Positions 1 to 10,393 are shown, counted from the stretch's first letter. The stretch is 64,000 nucleotides of DNA from Anaerolineae bacterium (GCA_003130835.1 QEXX01000120.1:23997-87996), one strand, 5' to 3'. Program-made: numbers and translations. The notes: generated by a model not told the origin, from the sequence alone.

Positions 1-85
1 GAATCAAGGTGCTTGTTTTCGATTTACACTGCCGGTTGCCCCAAACGAGCAACAGAATCATGAAAGTCAGACCCCTTTAGAGTGA
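1..85 (+). CDS. 3' end of a sensor histidine kinase (partial, runs off the window)
   Basis: Frame 2 reads NQGACFRFTLPVAPNEQQNHESQTPLE*. G-x-x-F-x-F-x-LP is the usual end of a HATPase_c domain. Stop TGA at 83-85. Confidence 0.45.
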   Translation, partial: NQGACFRFTLPVAPNEQQNHESQTPLE

Positions 86-89
86 CGTT

Positions 90-989
90 ATGGAAGAAAT
101 TCGACCGGGAATTTATTACGAAGACCTGTACTTGGGTGTTAATCTTGCGGCTTGCGTCTTTCCGCATGGCACAATTTATATTGACGCTCCCCTCAAAGCG
201 GAAGACGCTCGCGCTTGGCGATCGATGTTACTGAATCAACGCGGCGGAAACAATCGTCTCTTAATCTTACTCGACTCCCATATCGACCGCACTTTGGGAG
301 CAAAAGCTTTTGATTGCCCAATCTTGGCACATGAAAAAACTGCTTCGGTTTTTCGCAGCCGTCCGAGCGTTTTTAAGGGTCAATCCCCAGAAAATGGCTC
401 AGACTGGGAAGGTTACATCGATTCCATCGGGACGCGTTGGGCGATTCCTGACATTACCTTTACCAATCAGTTATCGCTTCATTGGGGTGGGCCAGAAATC
501 CGCCTTGAACATCATCCAGGTCCGGCTGCAGGCTCGATTTGGGTGATTATACCCGCCGAAAATGTGATTTTCATCGGTGATGCGGTGGTCGTCAATCAAC
601 CGCCTTTTCTGGCAAATGCTGATCTGGAGGCTTGGCAACAATCTCTGGACGAGTTAGCCAGTCACTATCGCCACTTTCAAATCTATAGCAGCCGCAGTGG
701 CTTGATTACCCTACAAGATATTCGCCATCAACAAACTTTCTTAAAAGACCTCCAAAAAAGGCTCGAACGACTGATCAAGAAGGATGCCAAACCGGAGGCA
801 GTGAACAAAATCGTTCCGGCTTTGCTGAGTCATTTCAGTTTTAGCCAAGAAAAAGAAGATGTTTACACAAAACGCTTACAAAGCGGGTTGTACGAATATC
901 TTCTGCGGCGCAATCAACCCATTCTCGAGGAAGCTGAAGGAGAAGAAACCGACATTGGCGAAAGCTTGGATGCTCCTTCGGAGTTGTAA
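90..989 (+). CDS. MBL-fold (metallo-beta-lactamase-like) protein with a degenerate metal motif
   Basis: 299-aa ORF. LLILLDSHIDRTLGA sits where HxHxDH normally lies (DSHIDR here), and a later HHPGPAAGS / IGDAV pattern is typical of the fold. Confidence 0.5.
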   Translation: MEEIRPGIYYEDLYLGVNLAACVFPHGTIYIDAPLKAEDARAWRSMLLNQRGGNNRLLILLDSHIDRTLGAKAFDCPILAHEKTASVFRSRPSVFKGQSPENGSDWEGYIDSIGTRWAIPDITFTNQLSLHWGGPEIRLEHHPGPAAGSIWVIIPAENVIFIGDAVVVNQPPFLANADLEAWQQSLDELASHYRHFQIYSSRSGLITLQDIRHQQTFLKDLQKRLERLIKKDAKPEAVNKIVPALLSHFSFSQEKEDVYTKRLQSGLYEYLLRRNQPILEEAEGEETDIGESLDAPSEL

Positions 990-1066
990 CAAGCGTTTAA
1001 AGGCTTATCTTTGATGAGGTTTTCAAAGAGTTACATTGGTATTTTGCTTTCGACAGGACAGAATTG

Positions 1067-2152
1067 ATGACCCAGTCTCCTTACCAGCCAATCTATCAAC
1101 TGAGCCGAGGCGATTCTTATCAGCAATTAGCCAATGCGATCACCGAATCGGTGCATTTTGGCGCCGTGGCCGTCGTGGATGCCTACGGCAAGTTGCTTGC
1201 CTCGTATGGCGATGCGAATACGATCACGTATCTGCGCTCCACCGCCAAACCCTTTCAAGCCTTGCCCCTGATTGAGAGTGAAGCGGTTCGTCAGTACGGA
1301 ATAGAGCAGGACGAGATTGCTATTATCTGCTCCTCTCATTCGGGGTGTGATGAACATGTTGCCACCGTGCAGAAGTTGCAGGCAAAATGCGGTATTCAGG
1401 AAAGCGATTTGTTGTGTGGCATTCATTATCCCCTCCATGAAGAAACTGCCCGTGCCTTGCGTCAACGCGGCGAAAAACCAACGCCCAATCGTCATAACTG
1501 CTCAGGTAAGCATAGCGGCATGATTGCGTTTTCCCGTTTCCAAAACTTGCCCTTCGATGACTATATCAACCCACAACATCCCATCCAGCAGACCATCTTA
1601 ACCGTTTTTGCAGAGCTCTGTGGGCTATCGCCACAGCAAGTGCAAATTGGCACCGACGGCTGTTCGGCGCCGAATTTCGCCGTACCTCTTTATAACGCTG
1701 CTCTGGCTTATGCCCGTCTGTGCGATCCGATTCGAGGCGGAGTCTCGCCGCAAGGCCGCGTAGAAGCTTGCCAACGCATTACGCAGGCGATGACAGCGTA
1801 CCCACATCTGGTTGGCGGGCCTGGCCGTTTTGATACCCGCCTCATGGAGGTTGCGCAGGGTCAAATCGTCTCTAAGATGGGTGCGGAAGGGTATCAGGGT
1901 ATCGGATTGATGCCCGGCTTGTTGGGCAAGGATTCGCCTGGCATTGGGATTGCTCTGAAGATCTCCGATGGCGACCAGCGCGGTAAGGTCAGTGCGGCGG
2001 TCAGTTTAGAAGTTCTTCGACAGCTTGGCGTCCTCAGCGATGAAACCTTAAACGCCCTGAGCGACCTTGGCCCCATCCTGCCGCTCACAAACTTCCGCCA
2101 GTTGGCGGTTGGCACAGCCAAACCCATCTTCACCTTGCAGTGGCATTCTTGA
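1067..2152 (+). CDS. L-asparaginase II family protein
   Basis: CSSHSG, NCSGKHSGM and GAEGYQGIG motifs are characteristic of the Rhizobium-type asparaginase II family. ATG at 1067 follows the in-frame TTG at 1064. Confidence 0.75.
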   Translation: MTQSPYQPIYQLSRGDSYQQLANAITESVHFGAVAVVDAYGKLLASYGDANTITYLRSTAKPFQALPLIESEAVRQYGIEQDEIAIICSSHSGCDEHVATVQKLQAKCGIQESDLLCGIHYPLHEETARALRQRGEKPTPNRHNCSGKHSGMIAFSRFQNLPFDDYINPQHPIQQTILTVFAELCGLSPQQVQIGTDGCSAPNFAVPLYNAALAYARLCDPIRGGVSPQGRVEACQRITQAMTAYPHLVGGPGRFDTRLMEVAQGQIVSKMGAEGYQGIGLMPGLLGKDSPGIGIALKISDGDQRGKVSAAVSLEVLRQLGVLSDETLNALSDLGPILPLTNFRQLAVGTAKPIFTLQWHS

Positions 2153-2841
2153 TGGAAGAACCCAAAGTCGATCAAGGAAAGAAACAACTCGCGCAGCGCA
2201 TTACCCAGAAGCTGTACCAGAAATACGGAGAACCGCATTGGAGACAACCCCTGCCGCCTCTGGATGAGCTTATCTCAACCATCCTCTCTCAAAACACAAA
2301 CGATGGCAACCGCGATCGAGCCTTTGAGTCCCTGCGCCAGCGTTTTCCGACTTGGGAAGCCGTACGGGATGCTCCACTTGCCGAGGTCATTGATGCGATT
2401 CGCACGGCTGGGTTAGCTCAACAGAAAGCGCCACGCATCCAAGCCGTCCTAAGGGCGATCACGGAACAACGTGGCCGTTTGGATTTGGATTTCTTAAGGG
2501 AACGAGATGCCGAAGAGGCGTTGCGGTGGCTGCGCCAGTTTAAGGGGGTTGGGCCGAAAACCGCCGCCATTGTGGTCTTATTCTCGTTGAACAAACCCGC
2601 TTTTCCAGTGGATACCCATATCCATCGCGTGACTCGCCGTCTAGGGCTGATTCCCAACTCAGCTTCCGCTGAGCAAGCCCACCAGCTTCTTGGTGAACTC
2701 TTTGAGGCGAGCGAGTATGCTTCAGCTCACTTGAACATCATTCGACTTGGCAGAGAGATCTGTCAGGCGCGCAAGCCCAAGTGTCCCATCTGTCCCCTGC
2801 AAGACGAATGTGCTTACTACCGGAGGCAAGATCATCGATGA
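2152..2841 (+). CDS. Endonuclease III-like HhH-GPD base-excision glycosylase
   Basis: Has an HhH motif (FKGVGPKTAAIV), PVDTHIHRV, and a C-terminal 4Fe-4S loop CQARKPKCPICPLQDEC. ATG 2152 overlaps the upstream stop (TGATG). Confidence 0.8.
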   Translation: MEEPKVDQGKKQLAQRITQKLYQKYGEPHWRQPLPPLDELISTILSQNTNDGNRDRAFESLRQRFPTWEAVRDAPLAEVIDAIRTAGLAQQKAPRIQAVLRAITEQRGRLDLDFLRERDAEEALRWLRQFKGVGPKTAAIVVLFSLNKPAFPVDTHIHRVTRRLGLIPNSASAEQAHQLLGELFEASEYASAHLNIIRLGREICQARKPKCPICPLQDECAYYRRQDHR

Positions 2842-4688
2842 ACACAGCCGAAACACCCCAATCTCTAAAGCCTCAATCTGTTCCCTTAAGTAAAGTAAAA
2901 GGACAGCCTGAGTGGCAATCGGTCTTAGAAGCTGTATTGGTCAACTTGGAGCAATTGCGCCGTTCTCCTCTTCCGCCTGATTTGCAGACTAACCTAGAAG
3001 CAGCGATCGAGAAAGCTCGCCAGTTGCCGCACATACTCTCTGAAGAGAGCGAACAATTGCGCTTGGCGGCCTTGTACCGGGTTTCACACTCTTTGGGCAA
3101 TACCCTAGATGTTGATGAGGTCTTAAATCAGGTTATGGATGCTGTCATCGATTTAAGCGGCGCCGAACGAGGGTTCCTGATGCTCTTGGATAAGGACACA
3201 GGGGAACTTCATTTGCGCGTGGCGCGGAATATGGAACACGAAACCTTACAAAGCAAAGATGCCGTCAGCCGCACCATCACGGATGCGGTCGTGCGCAATG
3301 GCACTTCCATTTTGACCACCGACGCGCAAAGTGACCCGCGTTTTGCCCGCCAAGAGTCGATTCTGTTGCATTCTTTACACTCAATTATGTGCGTTCCGCT
3401 GCGTTCACGTGGTGAGTTAATCGGGGTCATTTATGTCGATCATCGCATCAGCGCTGGCGTGTTTACCAACGAGGACTTAGACCTTCTCAGTGCTTTTGCC
3501 ACCCAGGCGGCTATTGCCATCGAAAACGCACGCCTCTATGCCCGCACCGATCAGGCGTTGCAACAGCGGCTATCGGAATTGGAAACCCTAACCCAAATCG
3601 ACCGCGACCTAAATGCCAGCTTAGATTTTGAGCGCATTATGGAAATCACCCGCTCTTGGGCATTGCGAGGAACGCAGGGTCTAGAAGCTTGGGTGCTGCT
3701 GAAAAACAACCAAGCATTACAAATTGCCAGTGGTCCACCCGAAGCCTATCCCCTAAGCCTCCAAATCCCAAATTTCGAGCGAGACTGGACCGCAAAGGTG
3801 ATATGGCAGGAAGCCGCTCAGACCTTGCTCGCAGCACCGATTTTTCACAGGGGCAATCTCACCGGCATGATTGCCGTTCAAAAAAACCGCCACTTCACCG
3901 ATCCAGAAAGCCTTTTCTTATCTCGTTTGGCAGCCCGCGCTGCCAATGCTATCGAAAACGCCCGTCTCTACGAGGCTGTTCAACATGCCAACCAAGAGAA
4001 AAACCGTTTTATCTCGGTCATCTCTCACGAACTGCGCATTCCGATGACTTCGATTCGCGGCTACACCGACCTATTGCGCCAACAAGCGGTCGGGCCGCTC
4101 AACGAACAACAACGCAGCTTTCTAGAGACCATTCGGAATAATGTTGACCGCATGGCGGCTTTGGTATCCGATCTTTCTGATATTTCGCGCATTGAGAGCG
4201 GCCGGCTGAAACTTGAACCGCGCCCCATTGCTTTGGCACAGTTAATTGACGAGACAGTCATGAGCTTGCGCCCTAGAATCGATGAAAAGGGACACCAACT
4301 CTACATTGAACTCACCCATCCTCTGGGAGAACTCTACGCCGATCCGACTAGGGTCAGCCAAGTCTTAACCAATCTGCTCACCAATGCCGTCAAATATACC
4401 CCAAGCGGCGGCTCGATCTGGGTGCGGGCTAGACGAGAAGGACAATCGATTCGTGTAGAAGTACAGGACAGCGGCATTGGCATCGCTCCCGAAGATCAAC
4501 AACGCCTGTTCGAGCAATTCTTCCGTTCCGAAGACCGCGCAGTCCGTGAGGAACAAGGCTGGGGGCTTGGACTGAATGTCACCAAACAATTGGTTGAGCT
4601 AATGGGTGGCCGGATTGGTTTTTCCAGCCAGCCTGGGCAAGGCTCCGTTTTCTGGTTTACGCTTCCTTTAGAGGGCAAAGCCCAATGA
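2838..4688 (+). CDS. GAF-domain sensor histidine kinase
   Basis: Two GAF-like regions, a HisKA H-box (SVISHELRIPMTSIRGY), and HATPase_c N/G boxes (LTNAVKYTP, DSGIGI, GWGLGL). ATG 2838 forms an ATGA overlap with the upstream stop. Confidence 0.85.
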   Translation: MNTAETPQSLKPQSVPLSKVKGQPEWQSVLEAVLVNLEQLRRSPLPPDLQTNLEAAIEKARQLPHILSEESEQLRLAALYRVSHSLGNTLDVDEVLNQVMDAVIDLSGAERGFLMLLDKDTGELHLRVARNMEHETLQSKDAVSRTITDAVVRNGTSILTTDAQSDPRFARQESILLHSLHSIMCVPLRSRGELIGVIYVDHRISAGVFTNEDLDLLSAFATQAAIAIENARLYARTDQALQQRLSELETLTQIDRDLNASLDFERIMEITRSWALRGTQGLEAWVLLKNNQALQIASGPPEAYPLSLQIPNFERDWTAKVIWQEAAQTLLAAPIFHRGNLTGMIAVQKNRHFTDPESLFLSRLAARAANAIENARLYEAVQHANQEKNRFISVISHELRIPMTSIRGYTDLLRQQAVGPLNEQQRSFLETIRNNVDRMAALVSDLSDISRIESGRLKLEPRPIALAQLIDETVMSLRPRIDEKGHQLYIELTHPLGELYADPTRVSQVLTNLLTNAVKYTPSGGSIWVRARREGQSIRVEVQDSGIGIAPEDQQRLFEQFFRSEDRAVREEQGWGLGLNVTKQLVELMGGRIGFSSQPGQGSVFWFTLPLEGKAQ

Positions 4689-5278
4689 AACGCTCCGTTT
4701 CTGGCAAGCGTCACCCTTTGCTCATGTACCGACGCACCCTCGACCGCCTTTGGCCCAGCATCTTCCTCAGCGGTGCGATCTTGATGGTCATTGGAATTTA
4801 TGTGCGCTTTGCTCAGACCCCCATTGACAAACAAGAAGCTGCCTGGCTAATGATCGCTGCAGCTCTGTTGCTGATTTTGAGTTTATTCTTCGTTTTCTTG
4901 CGCTATGCAGCTTATGTGCAACCCCGTGCCGATCATCTGCGCCTTGTCACGCCCTTTTTTCAAATGCGCATCTCGTATCGACGCATCCGTTCGGTTCATC
5001 CAGCAGAGATCAGTGCCTTATTTCCGCCGCAACGCATTGGCGGCTCGCTGCGTTCTTTTCTAGAACCTTTCTATGGACGGACGGCTGTTGTGCTGGAATT
5101 GAACGGTTACCCCATGCCGAAATCGATCTTGCGCCTCTTTCTAGCGCAGGCAATGTTTTATCCCCAAACCGAAGGATTGGTGTTGCTCGTCCCGGATTGG
5201 ATTGCCTTGAGCAGTGAATTGGATACCCTGCGCGCCGAATGGATGGCAAGCCTCAGGCGCAAAGGCTCGACTCGCTAG
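4685..5278 (+). CDS. Membrane protein, two predicted TM helices (possibly bacterial PH-domain type)
   Basis: 197-aa ORF with an ATGA overlap to the kinase gene. Two hydrophobic stretches (WPSIFLSGAILMVIGIYV, AAWLMIAAALLLILSLFFVFL). Confidence 0.5.
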   Translation: MKRSVSGKRHPLLMYRRTLDRLWPSIFLSGAILMVIGIYVRFAQTPIDKQEAAWLMIAAALLLILSLFFVFLRYAAYVQPRADHLRLVTPFFQMRISYRRIRSVHPAEISALFPPQRIGGSLRSFLEPFYGRTAVVLELNGYPMPKSILRLFLAQAMFYPQTEGLVLLVPDWIALSSELDTLRAEWMASLRRKGSTR

Positions 5279-5314
5279 GGTTGATGTCGCTCAAGAACGT
5301 TTCTGGAACCGAGT

Positions 5315-5355
5315 GGTTGGGCTGGCTGTGACTGGCTGCGTGGTTCTGCCCAACC
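5315..5355. terminator. Hairpin between convergent genes (possible bidirectional terminator)
   Basis: GGTTGGGC (5315-5322) pairs with GCCCAACC (5348-5355). It lies between the stop codons of the 4685..5278 (+) and 5362..7254 (-) genes. There is no clear U-tract. Confidence 0.3.
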
Positions 5356-5361
5356 GTGAAG

Positions 5362-7254
5362 TTAGGCAAATAAAACGTATTCTTTTAGAAAGGCTTCCAC
5401 GGCTCGATAAAAATGTTCGATCGTCTCGCTCTTGCGGAAGCCATGCCCTTCGCCCGGGTAGAGGTGGTAAACATGGGGCACACCGCGACGGCGCAAGGAC
5501 TCGACCACTGCATCTGACTGAGCGCGTGGCACCACTGTATCCTCCTCGCCTTGAAAGATGGCGATAGGATCACGAATGCGGTCAACGAAGTAAATTGGTG
5601 AGCGCTGGCGATAGACCGCTGCGGCTTCGGGAAGCACCCCCAGCAGGCTATCCGAATAATGCGCTTCAAATTTATGCGTCTCCTGAACCAAAGTGAATTG
5701 GTTGGATACCCCATAAAGGCAGATGCCAGCTTTGAAAAACCCGGCGTAATCTTCCAAGGCCTTGAGGACGGTGAACCCCCCTGCACTGCCTCCCATAATC
5801 ACCAGCTTTTCACCATCGGCTAAGCCGCGCTCGACACAAGCTTGGGCACCGCTCACGGCGTCCTCAACATCAACGATTCCCCATGCACCGCGCAGTTTCT
5901 CGCGGTATGCCCGTCCATAGCCGCTTGATCCACGGTAATTAACCTCCAAAAAGGCATAGCCGCGCGTCGCAAAATACTGAGCGCGGGGATTAAAACCGTT
6001 CTTGACTTGGCTGGTTGGACCGCCGTGAATGTGGACGATCAGGGGCGGCTGTCCCTTGCCTTTCGCCTTGGGATGGTGAGGTGGATAATACAAGCCGTGC
6101 ACCGTTTCGCCGTCTTTACCAGCCCATTCGATCGGTTGGGCAGGGGAATAAGAGTCCGAAGGAATATCTTCTGGGTAAGCTCGACCCCAAACCCGCGTTT
6201 TGCCTTGCGCGTTAACGGTAATGAGGCGAGGGGGAATGGTAGCTGCCGAAGCGATCAGAGCCAACAAAGGCTCACCCTGCCACTCGGTCAAGCAGATTTG
6301 TGATAAGGCGGTATAAGGGGTGTCCAAATCCATCACGGTTTCCTCGCCGCTTTCAGTGGAGATTCTGACCAAGCGATCCTGAGCCTTTTGATTGCGGATT
6401 ACATAGATTGAACTTCCATCGGGGCTAAACTGAAAGGTGCGCAAGCCCTGAATCCAAGCCGGCACGGCATGTTCGGCAGCCGTCTCGGTGAGTTGGCGGT
6501 GATTGCCCGTTTGTAGGTTATACAGCCATAATTGCCACCAATTGCCGCTTTCCTGCACGTATGCCAGGTAGCGGCCGTCGGGCGAGAAGAGGGGTTGAAA
6601 GGTGGAGGTTTGCTCGTCCCCGGCGATTGTCTCCACGCGCCTACAATGCCATCCTTCCCCCTGCTGCTCCAACTCTGCCAGACGCAGCCAGGTGCCATCC
6701 CAGGGCATATTCGGGTGATTCCAAGCCACCCAGGCTAGATACCGCCCTTGCGGATGCCAAGCTGGCTGCATATAAAAATCTTCCCCCTGCACCAGAATTT
6801 GTGGCCAACGTTTCCCCTGTCCGTCTACCAGGGCGAGGACATCTTTGTCTTCGTAGGTGTGGACATAGACCAACCCATTGCCGTCTGGGGAGGGGGTGGG
6901 GGCGGCGGCTCTTCCGAAAGCAGGGGTTATCGGCATAGCCGCATCCCCCAGCAGCGACTGACGGTATATGCGCCCCTGCGCAGCTTCAACAAAGTACACC
7001 CATTCGCCGCAAACGGCAAAGTCGCCGCCTCCGTATCCAACTTTGGCGCGCACCGAAAACTCGGCGTTCAGGTCTCGCCGCCCCTGGCCGTCCAAAGGTT
7101 GGACAACGATCACCCCTCGATCGGAGCGATTCTCCAACCACAAGAGATAGCCGAGTGGCGATAGAGCAAGTTCGGCAAAGGATAACCCGCGTGCCATCGA
7201 AAGGGGCGTGATCGGGCTTGGGAACAACCCATATTGGAGGACTTTCTCACTCAT
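5362..7254 (-). CDS. S9 family serine peptidase (prolyl oligopeptidase / acylaminoacyl-peptidase type)
   Basis: N-terminal beta-propeller-like region, nucleophile elbow GGSAGG, and a C-terminal GEGHGF histidine motif. The start is moved to ATG 7254 (MSEKV), which forms an ATGA overlap with the rnhB stop. Confidence 0.85.
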   Translation of the reverse strand: MSEKVLQYGLFPSPITPLSMARGLSFAELALSPLGYLLWLENRSDRGVIVVQPLDGQGRRDLNAEFSVRAKVGYGGGDFAVCGEWVYFVEAAQGRIYRQSLLGDAAMPITPAFGRAAAPTPSPDGNGLVYVHTYEDKDVLALVDGQGKRWPQILVQGEDFYMQPAWHPQGRYLAWVAWNHPNMPWDGTWLRLAELEQQGEGWHCRRVETIAGDEQTSTFQPLFSPDGRYLAYVQESGNWWQLWLYNLQTGNHRQLTETAAEHAVPAWIQGLRTFQFSPDGSSIYVIRNQKAQDRLVRISTESGEETVMDLDTPYTALSQICLTEWQGEPLLALIASAATIPPRLITVNAQGKTRVWGRAYPEDIPSDSYSPAQPIEWAGKDGETVHGLYYPPHHPKAKGKGQPPLIVHIHGGPTSQVKNGFNPRAQYFATRGYAFLEVNYRGSSGYGRAYREKLRGAWGIVDVEDAVSGAQACVERGLADGEKLVIMGGSAGGFTVLKALEDYAGFFKAGICLYGVSNQFTLVQETHKFEAHYSDSLLGVLPEAAAVYRQRSPIYFVDRIRDPIAIFQGEEDTVVPRAQSDAVVESLRRRGVPHVYHLYPGEGHGFRKSETIEHFYRAVEAFLKEYVLFA

Positions 7255-7910
7255 ACGATCTCCTTCTCTTGAAGCAAGTTGCACAATGGGGCGAACGAGC
7301 GGCGATGGAGGGGACAAATTCCCCAGCGTTGGATGCGTTCTAAATGTAACGCGGTGGCGTACCCTTTATGCGCAGCAAATGCGTATTGGGGATAGGCGCC
7401 ATCGCGCTCAATCATCCAGCGGTCGCGTTCAGTCTTCGCCAAGATCGAAGCCGCTGCAATGCTTAGGCACCGTTGATCGCCTTTAATCAGCGCTGTTTGG
7501 GGCAAGGGGCTGTGGGGCAGGCGGAAATAATCGATCAATAAATGCTGAGGTTGGCAGGATAGAGCCTCCAAAGCTCGCTGGGCAGCCCATTGGACGGCTG
7601 CCACGATCCCAAGTTGATCGATTTCTTCATTGGAAGCAAATCCCACTGCCCAAGCAAGAGCATTTTCCTTAATAATTCCCGCCCAATACGCCCGTTCGAC
7701 CGGGGTTAGCTGCTTTGAATCGCGCACCCCGGCTAAACGAGCTGCGATCTGCGAATCGGGTGGCAAACAAACTGCCCCTACCGCTACCGGCCCAGCCAGC
7801 GCGCCGCGCCCGGCTTCATCAAGTCCAACGATCTGGCGCAAGCCCTGCTGCCACAGCTCGCGCTCGAATTGCAAAGTGGGCTGGATAAGGTTGCTCTTTG
7901 CGGTTTTCAT
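7251..7910 (-). CDS. rnhB: Ribonuclease HII
   Basis: GLDEAGRGALAGPV catalytic motif, KDSKQL and ASILAK. ATG 7910 forms an ATGA overlap with the upstream GT2 stop. Confidence 0.9.
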   Translation of the reverse strand: MKTAKSNLIQPTLQFERELWQQGLRQIVGLDEAGRGALAGPVAVGAVCLPPDSQIAARLAGVRDSKQLTPVERAYWAGIIKENALAWAVGFASNEEIDQLGIVAAVQWAAQRALEALSCQPQHLLIDYFRLPHSPLPQTALIKGDQRCLSIAAASILAKTERDRWMIERDGAYPQYAFAAHKGYATALHLERIQRWGICPLHRRSFAPLCNLLQEKEIV

Positions 7911-8626
7911 GGCGGAAAATTGCTCCAATGAGAGCGGATATACAACAGATCCAAAGCCATGCGCAGGGAGTCACGTCCTACCCGAACTTTGCTCTCCGGG
8001 TTGAAATACCACTGGATGGGCACTTCGCAAATGCGCATCCCCAGACGGGTTGCCAGGTAGAGGATTTCCACATCAAACGTCCAGCCGCTGATGGTTTGTA
8101 AGGGGAACAAACGCTCTGCCGCCGCAGCCGTAAAGCACTTGAAACCGCATTGTGTGTCGTGAAACTGGGGCAGCAGCAACAGTCGAATGAGCAGATTAAA
8201 AGCCCGCCCGATCCAGTGGCGCAGGCGAGGTTCGTTGAAACGTTTTGCGCCAGGCGCTTCTCGGGAGGCGATGGCAACATCTGCCCCGATTAACGCGGGG
8301 GGCAGAAACCGCTCGATTTCTTGCGGTGGCATGGAGAGATCTGCATCGCACATCAGGCGGAATTCCCCCTGGGCAGTCAACATGCCGCGCTGTACCGCTA
8401 AACCTTTGCCGGCTTTCTCTTCATGCAGGACATAGAGCCGTTCATAGTACTGAGTAAGCTGTTGGGCGATGGCAAAGGTCCGGTCACAACTTCCATTCTC
8501 CACCACCCATACCTCGGAAGTGTAAGGCTGAGAATTTAAGTAGGTAAACAGACTTTCTAAGGTGTGGGGAAGGCGGTGTTCTTCGTTGTGGGCGGGAATG
8601 ATAACCGAAAGGTAGGGTGAACTCAA
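7907..8626 (-). CDS. Family 2 glycosyltransferase (polyprenyl-phosphate sugar synthase-like)
   Basis: LSVIIPAHNEE, VVENGSCDRT and CDADLS (DxD) motifs. TTG start preceded by AGGTGA. Confidence 0.8.
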   Translation of the reverse strand: MSSPYLSVIIPAHNEEHRLPHTLESLFTYLNSQPYTSEVWVVENGSCDRTFAIAQQLTQYYERLYVLHEEKAGKGLAVQRGMLTAQGEFRLMCDADLSMPPQEIERFLPPALIGADVAIASREAPGAKRFNEPRLRHWIGRAFNLLIRLLLLPQFHDTQCGFKCFTAAAAERLFPLQTISGWTFDVEILYLATRLGMRICEVPIQWYFNPESKVRVGRDSLRMALDLLYIRSHWSNFPP

Positions 8627-8826
8627 TTTATCACCTGTCAGAAAGGGCTTTGGAGATCTTCTTTGCCTCTGCGATTGATTATATCACCGCCATTAAGGGG
8701 CTTCCAGTTCTTTCCCAGCCGCCTTTCGTGAAAGCAGGTTTAGGTTGTACCTCGTTTCTGCCTAAGGTTTTCCGTGGATCGGGCTTGATTTCGCGCTTTG
8801 CACAGATCAAAATACCCCTGAGGCGG

Positions 8827-9177
8827 TCATTCAAAATGGATCAAGGCAGTTTTTATCGGGTTGGGGTGTGATGGACGATATTGTTTGCGGCGCTCATCTA
8901 ACTGTTCCCAGTCTGTTGCGCTTGCCCGAAACACCCCGCGCCGCTGGTCTAGGGAAAACAAGGTGATCCCGCTTGGGTTGACCAGTGCCAAAGGGGCTTG
9001 GATACCAACTTCCGGCAAGGAAAGATCGAAAATTAAAGTCGCTGTGTGATCAAAGACCCCGGCGAGAAGATGCTCAATCTGTTGCAAATGAGGGTCGCTC
9101 TTTGTTCGGGAGGCGCGTTTTTTCTGTGACGACGTTTGCGGAGTTATGGAGGGATCGATACAGTGCAGGACCTTCAC
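8827..9177 (-). CDS. Hypothetical protein
   Basis: 116-aa ORF whose start overlaps the stop of the upstream gene by 4 nt, so it is operonic. No motif recognised. Confidence 0.4.
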   Translation of the reverse strand: MKVLHCIDPSITPQTSSQKKRASRTKSDPHLQQIEHLLAGVFDHTATLIFDLSLPEVGIQAPLALVNPSGITLFSLDQRRGVFRASATDWEQLDERRKQYRPSHPNPIKTALIHFE

Positions 9178-9953
9178 AGCTTTCTCAGGCGATAGTCACT
9201 TACAGAAATCAAAGTCTCTTGGACCAATCGCAAACTTTCAGTCAAGATTTGCTGGCGGAAAGCCGTTAATCGAGTCATGGGCAGGCGCGAAAAAATCATC
9301 TCTTGCAGAATCGAAGGGGAACGAACCAAGCGCACGAACTCCTCCACCTGCAAGCCTTGGCGCGCTGCAAACACTTCTGCCGTTGCAACTTTGCTGCCGG
9401 GTTTGAGTTGCTCGGCGATTAAGTCGCGCCACTGAACGAGGTGGCTATCGTGCACAAAGGGCAACCACCGCTTGGGTGTGACCAGCTCAAGGCGATGCCC
9501 CCACTGCGGTTGGAGCGAGGGCAAGATTTGTTCATCTAAGTAGGCGCGCAGCACGTTGTGGAACATCAGACGTTGCTCAAAGGTTCCCCAAGGGCTATGA
9601 AGGCCGAAAACCGGCACGAAGATTTGTTGTACCCAGCGCCAATCGGCCTGTAAGTGACACAAATAACCGGCGATAAATGCCCTTTGGTCTTCGGGTAAAC
9701 CACTTGCGGGTAGCAATTCTGGATAGCTTTTCAACATTTGTTGCCAAGGCGGCATGCTGTTGCTCTGCAGGGGCAAATCAAAGAAATGGGTTTCTTGGCG
9801 AGGTTGCCCGGAGACCACTTGGACATCTGGGGCAATGTTTCCCAGTAGAAAAGCGCCGAGGTTTCTCTCCAATAAGGTTTGCGCCGCCGTTGGCAAAGCC
9901 TGTGAGTGCACAAGCTCCTGCGCCAGACTAAGGTGATAGAAGGGAGTGGGCAT
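9174..9953 (-). CDS. Hypothetical protein, possibly a zinc-dependent phospholipase C / S1-P1 nuclease-like fold
   Basis: N-terminal FYHLSLA, GNIAPDV and YLCHLQADW resemble His/Asp metal-ligand patterns of that fold. Start taken at ATG 9953 (MPTPFYH). Confidence 0.35.
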   Translation of the reverse strand: MPTPFYHLSLAQELVHSQALPTAAQTLLERNLGAFLLGNIAPDVQVVSGQPRQETHFFDLPLQSNSMPPWQQMLKSYPELLPASGLPEDQRAFIAGYLCHLQADWRWVQQIFVPVFGLHSPWGTFEQRLMFHNVLRAYLDEQILPSLQPQWGHRLELVTPKRWLPFVHDSHLVQWRDLIAEQLKPGSKVATAEVFAARQGLQVEEFVRLVRSPSILQEMIFSRLPMTRLTAFRQQILTESLRLVQETLISVSDYRLRKL

Positions 9954-9955
9954 GG

Positions 9956-10267
9956 CTAAATGGTCGGCGCACCCTCCAGACAATCGCTTGAAGCAGAAGT
10001 ATTCTCCGTCACAATCACCGCATTGCCGTTGTTCGCCATCAGCTTAACGGCTTTTGATAGCTCAAAGGCGCTACCCATTTTGTAGAGGCGCCGGCCGACA
10101 AAGACTTTCTTCCCTTTCTTTAGCCGTTCAAACAGTTCATGGCGCGGCAGGACAACCACATCGGAGAACACTTCTCCACGCCGTTCATAACCTCGTACCC
10201 ACTCAATCTGACCTTGCTGGTTGTATCGCACTGTTTCAATGACGAAATCTGCTTTCGGCCGTCCCAT
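9956..10267 (-). CDS. Small DUF3892-like protein
   Basis: 103 aa. The pattern I..V......G.I..V, G..F.V, then a C-terminal T.....D.L...P resembles DUF3892 from memory. Confidence 0.4.
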   Translation of the reverse strand: MGRPKADFVIETVRYNQQGQIEWVRGYERRGEVFSDVVVLPRHELFERLKKGKKVFVGRRLYKMGSAFELSKAVKLMANNGNAVIVTENTSASSDCLEGAPTI

Positions 10268-10362
10268 TCAAGATTCTCCCTGAACCGTGAGATTGTTCTT
10301 GCTCTTTATAAACCTTGCAGATTATACCGCGCCTTTCCCAGAGAGGTAGATGAACAGGCACA

Positions 10363-10393
10363 GGCCTCCGCCTTCTCGGGGAAGGCGGAGGCC
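10363..10393 (-). terminator. Strong hairpin downstream of ilvE (end of the ilv-leu supraoperon)
   Basis: Perfect 13-bp stem GGCCTCCGCCTTC / GAAGGCGGAGGCC with a 5-nt loop, about 50 nt after the ilvE stop. No U-tract. Confidence 0.5.
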